From Candidatus Heimdallarchaeota archaeon (GTDB lineage: Archaea > Asgardarchaeota > Heimdallarchaeia > JABLTI01), in NCBI GenBank assembly GCA_019058275.1, contig JAHLVW010000012.1, forward strand, positions 1-61,807: 61,807 nucleotides of DNA, written 5' to 3'. How positions within the stretch are numbered: position 1 is the first letter of the stretch; the number at the start of each line of letters is the position of its first letter. Both the position numbers and the translations under genes were made by a program. A model generated the notes under the pieces. That model saw only the letters and a program-made list of their open reading frames with translations, made no database searches and had not been told where the DNA came from. Shown here in pieces: positions 51,735 through 61,807 of the stretch.

Positions 51735-52664
51735 TTGATCAAAACCAATCTCAGTGGGATTGCTATGAATAATCCATTCATTCTTGCTTCTGGGGTTCTT
51801 GGTGTTACTGCTTCTGTGATGGTTCGTGTTGCGAATGTTGGGTGTGGTGCAATAACAACCAAATCAATTGGGCATGAACCTAGAGCTGGTTATGCCAACC
51901 CTACGCTTGTCGAACTAGGAAATGGTAATTTGATTAATGCAATGGGGCTGCCCAATCCAGGTTGTAAAGAATTTCTCCCTGAACTTATAGATGCAAAAAA
52001 AAGAACTAAAGTACCTATTTTCGCAAGCATATTTGGTAAAGATATAGATGAATTTCTTATTGTAGCAAAGACATTAGCAAAGGGAAAGCCAGATGCTTTT
52101 GAGCTTAACGTTTCATGTCCACATGGAGGAAAATACGGAGCTATAGTTGGTCAAGATCCAGAACTTGTTAAGGAAATAACAGAACAGGTGAAAAAATTAA
52201 CAAAAATTCCAGTTTTTGTAAAAATATCACCTAACTTAACAAATTTACACATTCCAGCTAAAGCAGCTATCGAAGGTGGTGCTGATGGACTAGTTGTGAT
52301 AAATGCAGTAAGGGCAATGGCAATTGATATTAAATATCGCAAGCCCATTTTAGCAAATAAATTTGGTGGATTATCTGGTCCAGCTATAAAACCAGTTGCT
52401 CTTAAGTGTATTTATGATTTATACTCTTCTTTTGGAAAGGATGTTCCAATTATTGGTGTAGGAGGAGTTTCAACATGTGAAGATGTAGTTGAATTTCTAC
52501 TTGCCGGTGCAACAGCAGTTCAGATAGGTACAGCTTTAGCTTACTGTGAAGATCCAGTGGAAATTTCTCTGTTTAAAGAACTTGCAGGTGGTTTAGAGAG
52601 CTACCTCCAATCAGAAGGTTTCAAACAAGCATCTGATCTTATTGGATTAGCACATGACGAATGA
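51735..52664 (+). CDS. pyrD: Dihydroorotate dehydrogenase (family 1B) catalytic subunit
   Basis: NPFILASG, TKS, NAMGLPNPG, ELNVSCPH, VKISPN, GGLSGPAIKP and GATAVQIGT motifs. Confidence 0.96.
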   Translation: MIKTNLSGIAMNNPFILASGVLGVTASVMVRVANVGCGAITTKSIGHEPRAGYANPTLVELGNGNLINAMGLPNPGCKEFLPELIDAKKRTKVPIFASIFGKDIDEFLIVAKTLAKGKPDAFELNVSCPHGGKYGAIVGQDPELVKEITEQVKKLTKIPVFVKISPNLTNLHIPAKAAIEGGADGLVVINAVRAMAIDIKYRKPILANKFGGLSGPAIKPVALKCIYDLYSSFGKDVPIIGVGGVSTCEDVVEFLLAGATAVQIGTALAYCEDPVEISLFKELAGGLESYLQSEGFKQASDLIGLAHDE

Positions 52665-52679
52665 AAGAGGGCAAAGAAA

Positions 52680-53531
52680 ATGTCAAGTAATAAATTAGGA
52701 ATTCTAAAAGTAGCTCCAATACTTAAAATCATGGATGAAACACCAGCAAACTGCTGTATGCCTGTTAAATCCTTTTCTTTAAAAATTCCAGAAATAGCAC
52801 AAACAGCAGTACCTGGACAATTCGCTATGATGTGGTTATATGGAATTGATGAAAAACCCATGGGAATTGCTAGCTGTGATGCTACAGGAACAATCTCCTT
52901 TGCAGTTGCTAAAATTGGTAAAGCTACTTCAGCTTTTCATCAATTAAAAGAAGGAGATTTACTAGGAATTAGAGGTCCTTTTGGTAAAGGATTTACAGTT
53001 AAAGGAAAGAAAGTTGCTGTTATTGGTGGTGGCACCGGTATAGCACCAACTAGATTTCTTATAGAAGTAGCATTAAAAAAAGGGATAGATGTAACTTTGT
53101 TTCATGGTGCAAGAAGCAAAGAAGAATTAGCTTACCAGGAATACTTTGAGGAATTAGGGAAAAAGAATAACCAATTTCACTACAATCCAAGCACTGATGA
53201 TGGTACTTATGGTTTCAGTGGATTTTCAACTGAATGTTGTGAAGATAGTATTTCAGAAGGTGAAACTTATGATCAAATGTATACCTGTGGTCCTGAATTA
53301 ATGATGTATACTGCTTGGAAGCAAGCAAAAAAACTGAATATTCCAATAGAAGCAAGTCTTGCTGATCGTTATTTCAAATGTGCTATCGGTTTATGTGGTC
53401 AATGTACTGTTGATCCTGTTGGTTTACGATTATGTATAGATGGACCTGTACTAAATCAAGATCAACTAAAAGAAATAACTGATTTTGGAAAATACGCTCG
53501 AGATAAATATGGAAGAAAAGAATCCTTCTAA
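52680..53531 (+). CDS. pyrK: Dihydroorotate dehydrogenase electron-transfer subunit
   Basis: PGQF.M.W, RGPFG, GGGTGIAP, TDDG, CGPELM and [2Fe-2S] C.IGLCGQC..C.DGPV motifs. Follows pyrD. Confidence 0.94.
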   Translation: MSSNKLGILKVAPILKIMDETPANCCMPVKSFSLKIPEIAQTAVPGQFAMMWLYGIDEKPMGIASCDATGTISFAVAKIGKATSAFHQLKEGDLLGIRGPFGKGFTVKGKKVAVIGGGTGIAPTRFLIEVALKKGIDVTLFHGARSKEELAYQEYFEELGKKNNQFHYNPSTDDGTYGFSGFSTECCEDSISEGETYDQMYTCGPELMMYTAWKQAKKLNIPIEASLADRYFKCAIGLCGQCTVDPVGLRLCIDGPVLNQDQLKEITDFGKYARDKYGRKESF

Positions 53532-53571
53532 TTGAACAAAATTAGAAGGTTTCATTAATTATTTGAAAAAA

Positions 53572-55461
53572 TCATTCGTCTTCTTCTACTTCATAGTCTA
53601 CATCGACAACATGCTCTTCTTCTGGTTGAGCTTGTGTTCCAGGAGGTGTGAATGATGGTCCAGCACCTTGAGCAAATTGACTCGGATCAAAACCAGCACC
53701 AGGTTGACCGCCAGCTTGTTGGTAAATTCTTGTTGATACTTTTTGGAGCTCTTCCATTAGTTCTTCTTTCTTAGCTTTTATATCATCGAAGTTATCAGTA
53801 GTTAATGCTTGTTGTAGAGCTTCTTGTTTTTCTTTGATGACCTTTACTTCATCATCAGTTATCTTATCTTGGAAATCTTTCAAGGTCTTATCAACACTAT
53901 AAACTAAATGATCTGCTTCGTTCTTTAGTTGAACTTCTTCGAGACGTTTCTGATCTTCTTCTTCGTATTTTTCTGCATCTCTGACCATTCTTTCAACATC
54001 AGCTTTATCTACACCACTTGGAGAAGAAACAGTTGTTTTTTGCTCGTTTCCTGTTCCTAAGTCTTTTGCTTTAACTGATACTATACCATTTACATCTAGA
54101 CTAAATGTTACTTCTATCTGAGGAACACCTCTTGGTGCAGGTGGTAAGCCAATTAATTGGAATTTTCCTAAGGTAACATTGTCTTGCGCGAATTTTCTTT
54201 CGCCTTGTAAAACATGAATTTCTACACTTGGTTGGTTATCACTAGCTGTTGAGAAGACTTGGCTTTTATCAGTAGGAATTGTTGTATTTTTATCAACTAT
54301 TGGAGTGAATACTCCTCCAAGTGTTTCAATACCTAATGTAAGTGGTGTTACATCTAAAAGTAAAACATCTTTTACTTCACCTTTGATAACGCCTGCTTGA
54401 ATAGCTGCACCTATAGCTACACATTCATCAGGATTAATTCCTTTGTAGATTTTAGATTCACCAAACATTTTTGCTATTTCTTCACGAACAGCAGGCATTC
54501 TTGTTGCTCCACCTACTAGGAGTACTTTATCAATATTAGCAGGTTTCTTCTTCCCATCTTTAAGTGCTTGTCGTGTTGGTCCCATTGTTTTTTCGACTAA
54601 GTCTTCAGTCATTCTTTGGAATTGTGTTCTTGTAAGTTCATAATTGATATTTTTTGGTTGTCCATCCTTGTCTACTGTGATGTATGGAATGTCAACAAAA
54701 GCTCTTTGTTTAGTTGATAGTTCAATTTTAGCATTTTCAGAAGCATCTTTTATTCTTTGCATTGCAGAAGCATTCTTCTTCAAATCTATTCCCTCTTGTT
54801 TCTTGAATTGTTCAATAACCCAATTCATGACTCTTTCATCAAAATCATCTCCACCAAGAAGATTATTTCCACTGGTAGCTTTTACTTCAAACATTGCTTC
54901 TCCTTCATCATATGAAGTTTCAAGGATTGAAACATCAAATGTTCCACCTCCAAGGTCAAAAACTAGAATTGTTTCATCTTTATCTTTACCAACTCCATAG
55001 GCTAAGCTTGCAGAAGTAGGCTCATTAATAATTCTCAAAACATCTAAACCTGCAATTTTACCTGCATCTTTAGTGGCTTGTCTTTGACTATCTGTGAAAT
55101 AAGCTGGACAAGTAATTACTGCTTGCTTAATTTCCTCTCCTAGAAAATCTTCTGCGTCCTTCTTTAATTTTCGAAGAATCATGGCTGAAATTTCTTGGGG
55201 AGTAAAATTCTTGTCATCTATTTTCACGCGATGAGTGGTACCCATTTTCCTTTTAATCGATCGAACTGTTCGTTCTGGTTTTGAAATAGCTTGCCTTTTA
55301 GCAATTTCCCCAACAACTTGTTCTCCGTCTTTTGAAATAGTAACAACTGAGGGAGTTATTCTACCACCTTCAGCATTAGGAATTATTGTGGGAGTACCAC
55401 CTTCCATGTATGCAATTGCTGAATTTGTAGTTCCCAGATCGATTCCAACTACTTTTACCAT
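53572..55461 (-). CDS. dnaK: Molecular chaperone DnaK (Hsp70)
   Basis: [42 protein letters not shown] and [11 protein letters not shown] motifs. Confidence 0.99.
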   Translation of the reverse strand: MVKVVGIDLGTTNSAIAYMEGGTPTIIPNAEGGRITPSVVTISKDGEQVVGEIAKRQAISKPERTVRSIKRKMGTTHRVKIDDKNFTPQEISAMILRKLKKDAEDFLGEEIKQAVITCPAYFTDSQRQATKDAGKIAGLDVLRIINEPTSASLAYGVGKDKDETILVFDLGGGTFDVSILETSYDEGEAMFEVKATSGNNLLGGDDFDERVMNWVIEQFKKQEGIDLKKNASAMQRIKDASENAKIELSTKQRAFVDIPYITVDKDGQPKNINYELTRTQFQRMTEDLVEKTMGPTRQALKDGKKKPANIDKVLLVGGATRMPAVREEIAKMFGESKIYKGINPDECVAIGAAIQAGVIKGEVKDVLLLDVTPLTLGIETLGGVFTPIVDKNTTIPTDKSQVFSTASDNQPSVEIHVLQGERKFAQDNVTLGKFQLIGLPPAPRGVPQIEVTFSLDVNGIVSVKAKDLGTGNEQKTTVSSPSGVDKADVERMVRDAEKYEEEDQKRLEEVQLKNEADHLVYSVDKTLKDFQDKITDDEVKVIKEKQEALQQALTTDNFDDIKAKKEELMEELQKVSTRIYQQAGGQPGAGFDPSQFAQGAGPSFTPPGTQAQPEEEHVVDVDYEVEEDE

Positions 55462-55496
55462 TTTTTATCACCATTAATTTTTTTAAATTCTTTTTC

Positions 55497-56189
55497 TTAT
55501 TCCTTTGCGGTTTCTTGTTCTGTCGAAACCATAATTTTTGCTGCTCGAACTACTCTATCCTTTATTTTGTACCCCTGTTCAAAGAGTTGTACAACTAAAC
55601 CAGGTTTGTGATTTCCAGAAGGATCTATACTGATTGCTTCATGATAATAGGGATTAAATGTATCTCCTTTTTTTGGATTAATCAAAGTGACTCCCTCATC
55701 CTCTAAAACCCTCAGTAATTTTCCATGTATAATTGATATCCCTTCTAAAGGAACAGCTTCGAGGTTACTCTCTTCAGCAAATTTCAATGCTCTATCAATA
55801 TCTTCGATTGGTTCAAAGATTTTAGAAAGAATTTTCTCTGAGGAATACCTAACATTATTCACTTCTTGCTTTTGTGCTCTTTTCTTATAATTCTCAAAAT
55901 CAGCTTTGAATCTTTGTAGAATGGATAAATACTCATTTCTTTCTTTATTTGCTTGCTCTACTTCCAACAGCATCTTTTTATTGGCTACTAGAAGTTCTTT
56001 TAAGCTAAAATCTTTAATTTTCTTATCGAATTCTTTGATAATCTTCTTTGCATTGGAATCCGTTTCAAGTTTGTCAATCATCGCTTCTATTTCTGAAATT
56101 ATTTGTGAATCTTTAGTTATCTCAGTTTCTTCAACTATATTGCTATCATTGAGTTCATTTTCATTCTTTTTCTCTTTGTTATCTGTCAC
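55497..56189 (-). CDS. grpE: Nucleotide exchange factor GrpE
   Basis: RFKADFENYKKR, FNPYYHEA and GYKIKDRVVRAAKIMV motifs. Upstream of dnaK. Confidence 0.95.
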   Translation of the reverse strand: MTDNKEKKNENELNDSNIVEETEITKDSQIISEIEAMIDKLETDSNAKKIIKEFDKKIKDFSLKELLVANKKMLLEVEQANKERNEYLSILQRFKADFENYKKRAQKQEVNNVRYSSEKILSKIFEPIEDIDRALKFAEESNLEAVPLEGISIIHGKLLRVLEDEGVTLINPKKGDTFNPYYHEAISIDPSGNHKPGLVVQLFEQGYKIKDRVVRAAKIMVSTEQETAKE

Positions 56190-56346
56190 TGAGTTGTATC
56201 TCCTGAATTACCAATTAGGATTTTTCTTCTTCGAGCATTTTGCGGATATATTACTTATTTTAATTTATCCTCTAGAATTCAATTTTAGATTCCAATATTA
56301 ATAATTACCGTTTAATAAAATAAACGTTTTAAATATTACTATTTAT

Positions 56347-56377
56347 GTGAGTAATTATCTATTTCGTGAGTAATTAT
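56347..56377. promoter_or_regulatory. Tandem GTGAGTAATTAT repeats upstream of grpE-dnaK (candidate regulator site)
   Basis: Exact 12-mer at 56347-56358 and 56366-56377, with an inverted core ATAATTAC at 56301-56308. Confidence 0.45.
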
Positions 56378-56540
56378 GTTTGATTATCCTTTTATACGTA
56401 TTTAATTAGTAGCCCTTGGCAACATCAAGACAGATATTTGGTGTTGTCAGCAAATTTTTTTAATACAAGAAGCTTACTTGATGTATTTCATAAATATCTC
56501 TGATGTGGTTAGAACATCAAGATGAAAGGCGGAAAAGTTC

Positions 56541-57296
56541 ATGGGAATAAGTTATAGATATGCAAAACATATCTCAAAAAATGGATTGAGAGGTCTTATT
56601 GCTTTACTTGTTCTTGATACTTCTTGGTCTCTAATTAGATTCATAATTTATCATGCAGCTTTTGACGGTAATCCATCAAACAATTTTATGACAATTGATA
56701 ACATAATAACAAATTGCCTTTATACAGCTTTTCTTGGTGCTTTGGCAGTAGGCATGTTTATGCTAGGAATTTATTATTTCAAAATCTCTAAAATTGGTTT
56801 AATAGCATCAATATTCTTAATTGGTGAAGTAGGCGTTAAAACTGCTTATATATTCTTTAGATTCACACAACTAATAAGTCAATCATACGATGATCCAATA
56901 ATCCTTAATTTAATTCAAGTTTTTGAAATGACAACAGGCTTTCTTTTAATAAGCACCTTTGTTGTTTTTGATTTCTTCCAAAGGCAATTAAAGTCTAGAG
57001 CAGGAATTGGTTATGGACCAGGATTTCTACCTTATGTTTTTGGCATTCCCGCTTTAATCTATCCAATTACTAACATTCTAAATTTAGCAAATGTAGATTA
57101 CATTAATACAGTTGCAGCTTTACCGATAATGCATATGCTTTCTTATGTAGCAGCTATTTTAGAAATAATTCTCTTCTTTGATTTACTAAGACGGTTTGAT
57201 TATATGCAACCATTACAGTATGAAAGTGAGGACAGTATAATTTACTTAAAAACTGCTATTCAAGCTAATAAACAGGCAAAAATATTAGATACTTAA
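56541..57296 (+). CDS. Multi-pass membrane protein, unknown function
   Basis: 251 aa with about 6 TM segments. Confidence 0.78.
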   Translation: MGISYRYAKHISKNGLRGLIALLVLDTSWSLIRFIIYHAAFDGNPSNNFMTIDNIITNCLYTAFLGALAVGMFMLGIYYFKISKIGLIASIFLIGEVGVKTAYIFFRFTQLISQSYDDPIILNLIQVFEMTTGFLLISTFVVFDFFQRQLKSRAGIGYGPGFLPYVFGIPALIYPITNILNLANVDYINTVAALPIMHMLSYVAAILEIILFFDLLRRFDYMQPLQYESEDSIIYLKTAIQANKQAKILDT

Positions 57297-57321
57297 TTAT
57301 AAAAAAAATAGAGAAGAGCTC

Positions 57322-58896
57322 TTATCTTCTCTTTGGTTTTGACCGTTTGCTTTCCAAGCGTTTAAGCTTTTTCAGGTATTTATGAAGTGATTTCAGCGGG
57401 ACGATGGGAATTCTTTCAACTCTTTTCCATCTTTCGTTAAGAGCAGTTACAATTAACAATTTAGCATTTGTTGTTTTAAGTAGCAGTCTTCTTTCACGTA
57501 GTTTCTTGGCTGCAGTAGCAAAAATTTCGTATCTCTTTGTTAAACTATCACGATCGAAATACCATCCCCGCCATAAAGCTAAATCTTTAACTTCAACAAT
57601 AACAGTTGTTTTATTTCGACGGATAATCAAGTCAATTTCTGTAACTGTATCACCTTCGCTAATAATCTCCACATTTTGATCAACAACTACCCATCCACAC
57701 AATGCAGAGATTTCCGAAACAATTAGCTCAAGATCATGTGCTTTCTTGCTTCTAGTTGTTTCACTATATGAATTACAAAATCTCGAGAATAGCAGTAAAG
57801 AGATTACGGATATTTGTAAGTATTCTTCATCTTTCTTTTTAATTATTCTGGACAGAAAATAAGGAACGTCTTCTTTACCTAGTTGAAATGTCATCATTGT
57901 TTCATAAATCAAAATTCTCATTTCTTCTGTAGGATCAAGCTGCTCTCTATTTTCTTGCATTTCTTTTATCTTGGACATTTTTATTTCTTTGAATGGATTC
58001 TTGAGATCCTTCAATGCCATTAGAGCACCAAAGTTTTCGAAGAGTATTGAGAGAGTGTCAATTTCTATTTCACTAAGTTGCCTCATTGATGCATAAAATT
58101 CTGTAATTCGTCTTAAATAAGCAATCTCGCTATGCCACGCTTTAACCAAATCAACTAGTTCTGTTATTGTTCTATCAGACATTTTCCTTCTCTGATCTCT
58201 TATTTCCTTTAGTTTTATACTTGTTCCACTTTTTTGTGCAATTCCTATACTCTTCAATTTCCTTTCAGTTTCAAGGTATAACTCTGTCTCTACGAAATGC
58301 ATTTCATCGTGCAATTCATATTCTAATTTTATCATTCCATTTGAAAACATGAAAGCTTGATCTCTTAGTCTTGCCCAATCAATAGCAAGCTCCATTAGAT
58401 GTTTTTTAGCTTCTTTAGAAAATTCCATTTCTCCCTCATCTTCAGCTGAAAGGGAATGGACTTGATTAATTAGAAAATTAATTGCAGATAAATTGATGAT
58501 ATCACTTGTTGTCATTAAGTCTTGTCCTGTTGTTGCTGTTGAAACATTACTAAAATCATTGGCTGATAATCCATCCTTTGTCATTAGGATGGTTGCTAAC
58601 CGCATAGCTAATTTTTCTCTTTCAGGTATTAAGGCATCTAGGACATGTTTATGATTATAGTTTTTTAGTACATTTGCAATGCAATGATATACATGGTTTC
58701 TTTTTTTGATCAATTTTTGATATATATAATCATCTTTGTCGAATTTAATTTGATCTTCATCACTTTCTTCTTCATCGGTAGATTCAACTTCCTCTTCGGA
58801 TTCTTCAACAAGTTCTTCCTGCTCTTCAGATTCCTGTGATGAATCTTCATCTTGTTCGTTTTTTTGTACAACATTCATTATTTTAGTTTCCTTCAA
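57322..58896 (-). CDS. Protein with acidic N-terminus and C-terminal PD-(D/E)XK (NERD/restriction-endonuclease-like) domain
   Basis: E/D/S-rich N-terminus. The C-terminus has HDLE..V, EIDLII..VIVEVKD. Confidence 0.7.
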   Translation of the reverse strand: MKETKIMNVVQKNEQDEDSSQESEEQEELVEESEEEVESTDEEESDEDQIKFDKDDYIYQKLIKKRNHVYHCIANVLKNYNHKHVLDALIPEREKLAMRLATILMTKDGLSANDFSNVSTATTGQDLMTTSDIINLSAINFLINQVHSLSAEDEGEMEFSKEAKKHLMELAIDWARLRDQAFMFSNGMIKLEYELHDEMHFVETELYLETERKLKSIGIAQKSGTSIKLKEIRDQRRKMSDRTITELVDLVKAWHSEIAYLRRITEFYASMRQLSEIEIDTLSILFENFGALMALKDLKNPFKEIKMSKIKEMQENREQLDPTEEMRILIYETMMTFQLGKEDVPYFLSRIIKKKDEEYLQISVISLLLFSRFCNSYSETTRSKKAHDLELIVSEISALCGWVVVDQNVEIISEGDTVTEIDLIIRRNKTTVIVEVKDLALWRGWYFDRDSLTKRYEIFATAAKKLRERRLLLKTTNAKLLIVTALNERWKRVERIPIVPLKSLHKYLKKLKRLESKRSKPKRR

Positions 58897-58948
58897 TATT
58901 TTTCCAAGGAAAATAAGAAATGCATATTTGAAGGAATCAAAGGTGTAA

Positions 58949-59638
58949 TCAAAATGTGATTAAAGTACCTATCTTTTCACCTAGTAGTGCTTTCTTTAGA
59001 TTATCAGGATTGCTTCCATTTACAAACTGTAATGCGATTTTTGATCGTTGGATAATTTGCACAGCGGTATTATCAAATAATGGATATTGCCCCGCTTTTG
59101 TTTCATGTTTTGATATTAGTTCTAGGAGATCATCTATAGGCATTTCTTCTAGTAATTTTGCATTAGGATTTTTGTCTGGATCCTCTGTATATACACCATC
59201 TACATCTGTCAGATTCACTAGTTTTTCAGCTGAGGTTAATTCTGCAATGGATGCAGCTACAGCATTTGTAGATTGACCAGGTTGGAATCCACCACAAACA
59301 ATTATCTTCTCAGTTAAATTGTATAATTTCTGAAATTCTAGGAAGCTATTTGGGGGATTTGGATAAGCAATTCCATCTAATGCTCCTATCAATAACCTTG
59401 CATTTAATTTTGCAGCTTCTATACCCATTATATCATTATATGATTCAGAAGCCCCTAATTTTCTGCTGGAAGTAATATACTTCCTAGCTAGTTTACCGCC
59501 ACCTACAACTATTGCACATTTCTTCTTAGTTTCATTTACTACATTACGAATTGTTTTAGCATATTTCGAGATTAATTTATCATTGATTTGTTCTTTATCA
59601 TCAAATAATAATGATCCACCGATTTTTATTACAAACAT
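58949..59638 (-). CDS. pyrH: Uridylate kinase (archaeal type)
   Basis: VIKIGGS, VVGGGKLARKY, PGQSTNAVAA and TDVDGVY..DP motifs. Confidence 0.95.
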   Translation of the reverse strand: MFVIKIGGSLLFDDKEQINDKLISKYAKTIRNVVNETKKKCAIVVGGGKLARKYITSSRKLGASESYNDIMGIEAAKLNARLLIGALDGIAYPNPPNSFLEFQKLYNLTEKIIVCGGFQPGQSTNAVAASIAELTSAEKLVNLTDVDGVYTEDPDKNPNAKLLEEMPIDDLLELISKHETKAGQYPLFDNTAVQIIQRSKIALQFVNGSNPDNLKKALLGEKIGTLITF

Positions 59639-59775
59639 CTTTTTCTATTTTCCTTGGAATGTTAATTCCATTTTGATTTCGTTTTCGTGAAAGATAAGTT
59701 TTATGTGTTAGTTGAAAATTGGTGAATCTCTATAACTAAAATAAAAATCCAATGCTCAGATTATTGCCACCCTGA

Positions 59776-60528
59776 TTAGCTAGACTCTAGTTCTTTAATT
59801 TTATCTAAAGCAATTTTTACATTATCTTCTTGATTCAGAATCTTATATAATTCTGCTAGGACTTTCCATGCATCTGCATTGTCATCATCTTGAACGACGC
59901 ATTTGTAAAGGTATTCTAGAGCCTTCTTGTTATTTTTATTTTCAAATTCAATGACACCTAAACCGAATAATGCTTCGGGATCATATGGATCCAGTTTAAT
60001 TGCTTCAGAATAGTTCTTTGATGCTTCTTTGAATTTCTCAATTTTTCTGTAAGCATGTCCTTTTCCAGTTAAAGCATCGTTTGATCTTCCCAATTCACTT
60101 ACCTTTTCAAAGCAGTCCAGAGCTTGTTCCGATTTTTCCAAATCCAAAAGAGTATAACCTTTTGCTAACCAAACAAAACTCAGTTTCTTATCTAAAGCTA
60201 AAATTTTATTAAACAAATCAAATGCTTCTTCATTTCTCCCCAAATTGCTCAGGACTGAACCCTTAGCGTATAAAGAATCTATATCATTAGGTTTGAGTGC
60301 TAATACTTGATCGAAAAATTTCATAGCTTCTTGTAATTCATCGAATTCATAGTGTGTCATGCCTTTACCATAAATTGCTCTGGTTTCTTCTGGATATTTT
60401 TCTAGAATTTTTTCATAACACTCTAGAGCTTTTTCTTTCTTTCCATGTCGAATAAATGATTGGGCATCTGTAGTCATTTCTAAAAGAAATGCTCTTTTTT
60501 CGCGTTCATTTTTTTCCACTTTTTCCAC
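59776..60528 (-). CDS. Tetratricopeptide repeat protein
   Basis: About 6 canonical TPRs (ALECYEK..KG, SLYAKG..LG, WLAKG..ALDCF). Confidence 0.9.
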   Translation of the reverse strand: MEKVEKNEREKRAFLLEMTTDAQSFIRHGKKEKALECYEKILEKYPEETRAIYGKGMTHYEFDELQEAMKFFDQVLALKPNDIDSLYAKGSVLSNLGRNEEAFDLFNKILALDKKLSFVWLAKGYTLLDLEKSEQALDCFEKVSELGRSNDALTGKGHAYRKIEKFKEASKNYSEAIKLDPYDPEALFGLGVIEFENKNNKKALEYLYKCVVQDDDNADAWKVLAELYKILNQEDNVKIALDKIKELESS

Positions 60529-60566
60529 CTAATTATTTATCTGATAATATTAATTTCAATATTGCC

Positions 60567-60863
60567 TTAATATTGACTTGCTACTAAGAAAGCACGAGTG
60601 ATTCTATAAAGTTCTTTTAGTTGCTTAGTTATAGGATGGTTTTCATTCAATTCAAAGAGTCGATTCCTTTTTGATCTTGTTTCTGTGATAATTCTCATCT
60701 TAACTAGAGAGCCTATTAGATCATGGACTCGAGAGTGTGATATCTCCAGCATTCGTGCTATATCTGTTAGCTGATACATTCCTGTATTGTTAACCATAAA
60801 AAATTCAACTAATTTAACTTGAACAGAATCTCCGAGAATTGAACCTAAAACCTTGTAGTCCAT
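60567..60863 (-). CDS. Winged helix-turn-helix transcriptional regulator
   Basis: LTDIARMLEISHSRVHDLI..LV.M.II followed by a beta-wing (RLFELN). Confidence 0.8.
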   Translation of the reverse strand: MDYKVLGSILGDSVQVKLVEFFMVNNTGMYQLTDIARMLEISHSRVHDLIGSLVKMRIITETRSKRNRLFELNENHPITKQLKELYRITRAFLVASQY

Positions 60864-61002
60864 TTTAATTCCACAACTAGTTTATGCTTTTGTCTAGGTC
60901 TTTTCTTCTAATAATAATTATTGTCAAGCTGATGTGTTCAAATAAAATAAAAATGACAAAAAAGTTAGAAAGTGCCCAAAAGGGTAATTCGATTTCATGA
61001 AA

Positions 61003-61806
61003 TTATCTTGCACTGAGAGCAATACGTTCAATTTCTTGCATTTTACTGATAGCATTACTTGAAGGTTTGTTATCAGCAGCATCCATTAATTCTCTTGCAA
61101 GTATTTCTTCAGCTGTTAGAATATTATTGAATGATTTCTTGTATACACCTTCAACAATATTAGTTAAAGCAATATCAACTCTCCTCATTGGAGCAACATC
61201 AACTGATTGTAGTTGTGCCATACCACCATAGGTTATTCTAGTAACCTCTTCTCTTGGAGCAGTATTTTGAATAGCATCAATGAGTACTTGTATTGGATTT
61301 TTTCCGGTTTGAAGATTTATGATTTCAAAAGTAACTTTTACAGATTTTATCATTCTTTCCTTCTTGCCAGTTCCTTTTTTGGTTCTCATTAATTTATTTA
61401 CAAGTCTTTCTACAATAGGCATTTCAGCCTTTTTGAAACGTTGATGTTCATATCTTCCACCAGTATGAGGTGTGATAACTGGTCTTAAACTGATGTAAGC
61501 TTTTAACCCTGGATCTACAACAACCAAATCATTATAACTCCATTTATTGAAAAGTTCAATTCCTTCGTAAGATGGAAGGGGTTCTTCTTTTTCCACTTTC
61601 TCAGGAACCTTTTCTGAGGTTTTTGGTTTTTCTTTAGCTGGAGTTTTAGCAAGTTCTTTTGTTGGAGTTTTTGTTTCTTTAATTGCAGTAGGTGCTTTTT
61701 TTTTCTCAATAGGTTTCTTTTCTTTAGCTACTTTAGGAGTTTTTACTTTAGCTGCAGGTTTCTTTTCTTCTTTCTTTGGAGTTTTTTCTTTAGTTTTAGT
61801 TGTAGC
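61003..61806 (-). CDS. rpsG: 30S ribosomal protein uS7 with Lys/Pro/Thr-rich N-terminal extension (5' end outside the window)
   Basis: LFNKW, D.GL..YI, PHTGGR, IVERLVNKLM, NPIQVL..AI.N..PREE, SVDVAP.RR and ERIA.SAR motifs. The frame stays open from the ORF-track GTG (61596) to the window edge. Confidence 0.95.
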   Translation of the reverse strand, partial: ATTKTKEKTPKKEEKKPAAKVKTPKVAKEKKPIEKKKAPTAIKETKTPTKELAKTPAKEKPKTSEKVPEKVEKEEPLPSYEGIELFNKWSYNDLVVVDPGLKAYISLRPVITPHTGGRYEHQRFKKAEMPIVERLVNKLMRTKKGTGKKERMIKSVKVTFEIINLQTGKNPIQVLIDAIQNTAPREEVTRITYGGMAQLQSVDVAPMRRVDIALTNIVEGVYKKSFNNILTAEEILARELMDAADNKPSSNAISKMQEIERIALSAR

Positions 61807-61807
61807 A

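Noticed and set aside
56190-56540. CIRCE element or CRISPR-like repeats upstream of grpE
   Set aside because: No TTAGCACTC-N9-GAGTGCTAA is present. The direct repeats are only two 12-mers with a 7-bp gap, not a repeat-spacer array.
4025-61709. Numerous 60-150 aa ORFs antisense to or nested in long genes (e.g. 15501-15950, 45408-45827, 54644-55000, 61515-61709)
   Set aside because: These are shadow ORFs of well-supported genes, with biased composition and no motifs.

Overview
This is an AT-rich archaeal chromosomal segment that most likely comes from an Asgard archaeon (Promethearchaeota). That call is inferred from a divergent archaeal 16S rRNA and many eukaryotic-signature-like proteins. 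From left to right the window holds: (1) a minus-strand 16S rRNA gene with a 31-nt hairpin insertion at the known archaeal intron site 1205; (2) a ~9.5-kb AT-rich ABC exporter (FtsX/MacB-type) cassette bracketed by two copies of the rRNA leader; (3) an NPRL2-like longin/winged-helix protein, a PlsY-like acyltransferase, a PAS-thioredoxin-PAS histidine-kinase-like protein lacking its phospho-His, hydantoinase/oxoprolinase A/B and a homocysteine S-methyltransferase; (4) a 25.5-40.5 kb block with PAC2, HD hydrolase, an E1-like ThiF/MoeB enzyme, an OST5/TMEM258-like protein, a membrane-anchored protein with two tandem UFM1-like domains, a PIG-B/PIG-Z-like GT22, a beta-CASP nuclease and a 2311-aa alpha-solenoid ending in UFL1-like winged helices; (5) a longin-like gene plus a tandem 7TM pair, Cgi121, THUMP, an extended Sec11, larE-larB, a eukaryote-type ubiquitin and two pilin-lectin paralogs; (6) pyrD-pyrK, grpE-dnaK, pyrH and uS7 with a Lys-rich N-terminal extension that runs off the window. 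Block (4) is the best candidate for an undescribed system, a UFMylation/ER-glycosylation-like locus. No CRISPR array, tRNA or transposase was seen. All homology calls are by-eye motif comparisons against remembered family sequences, not database results.
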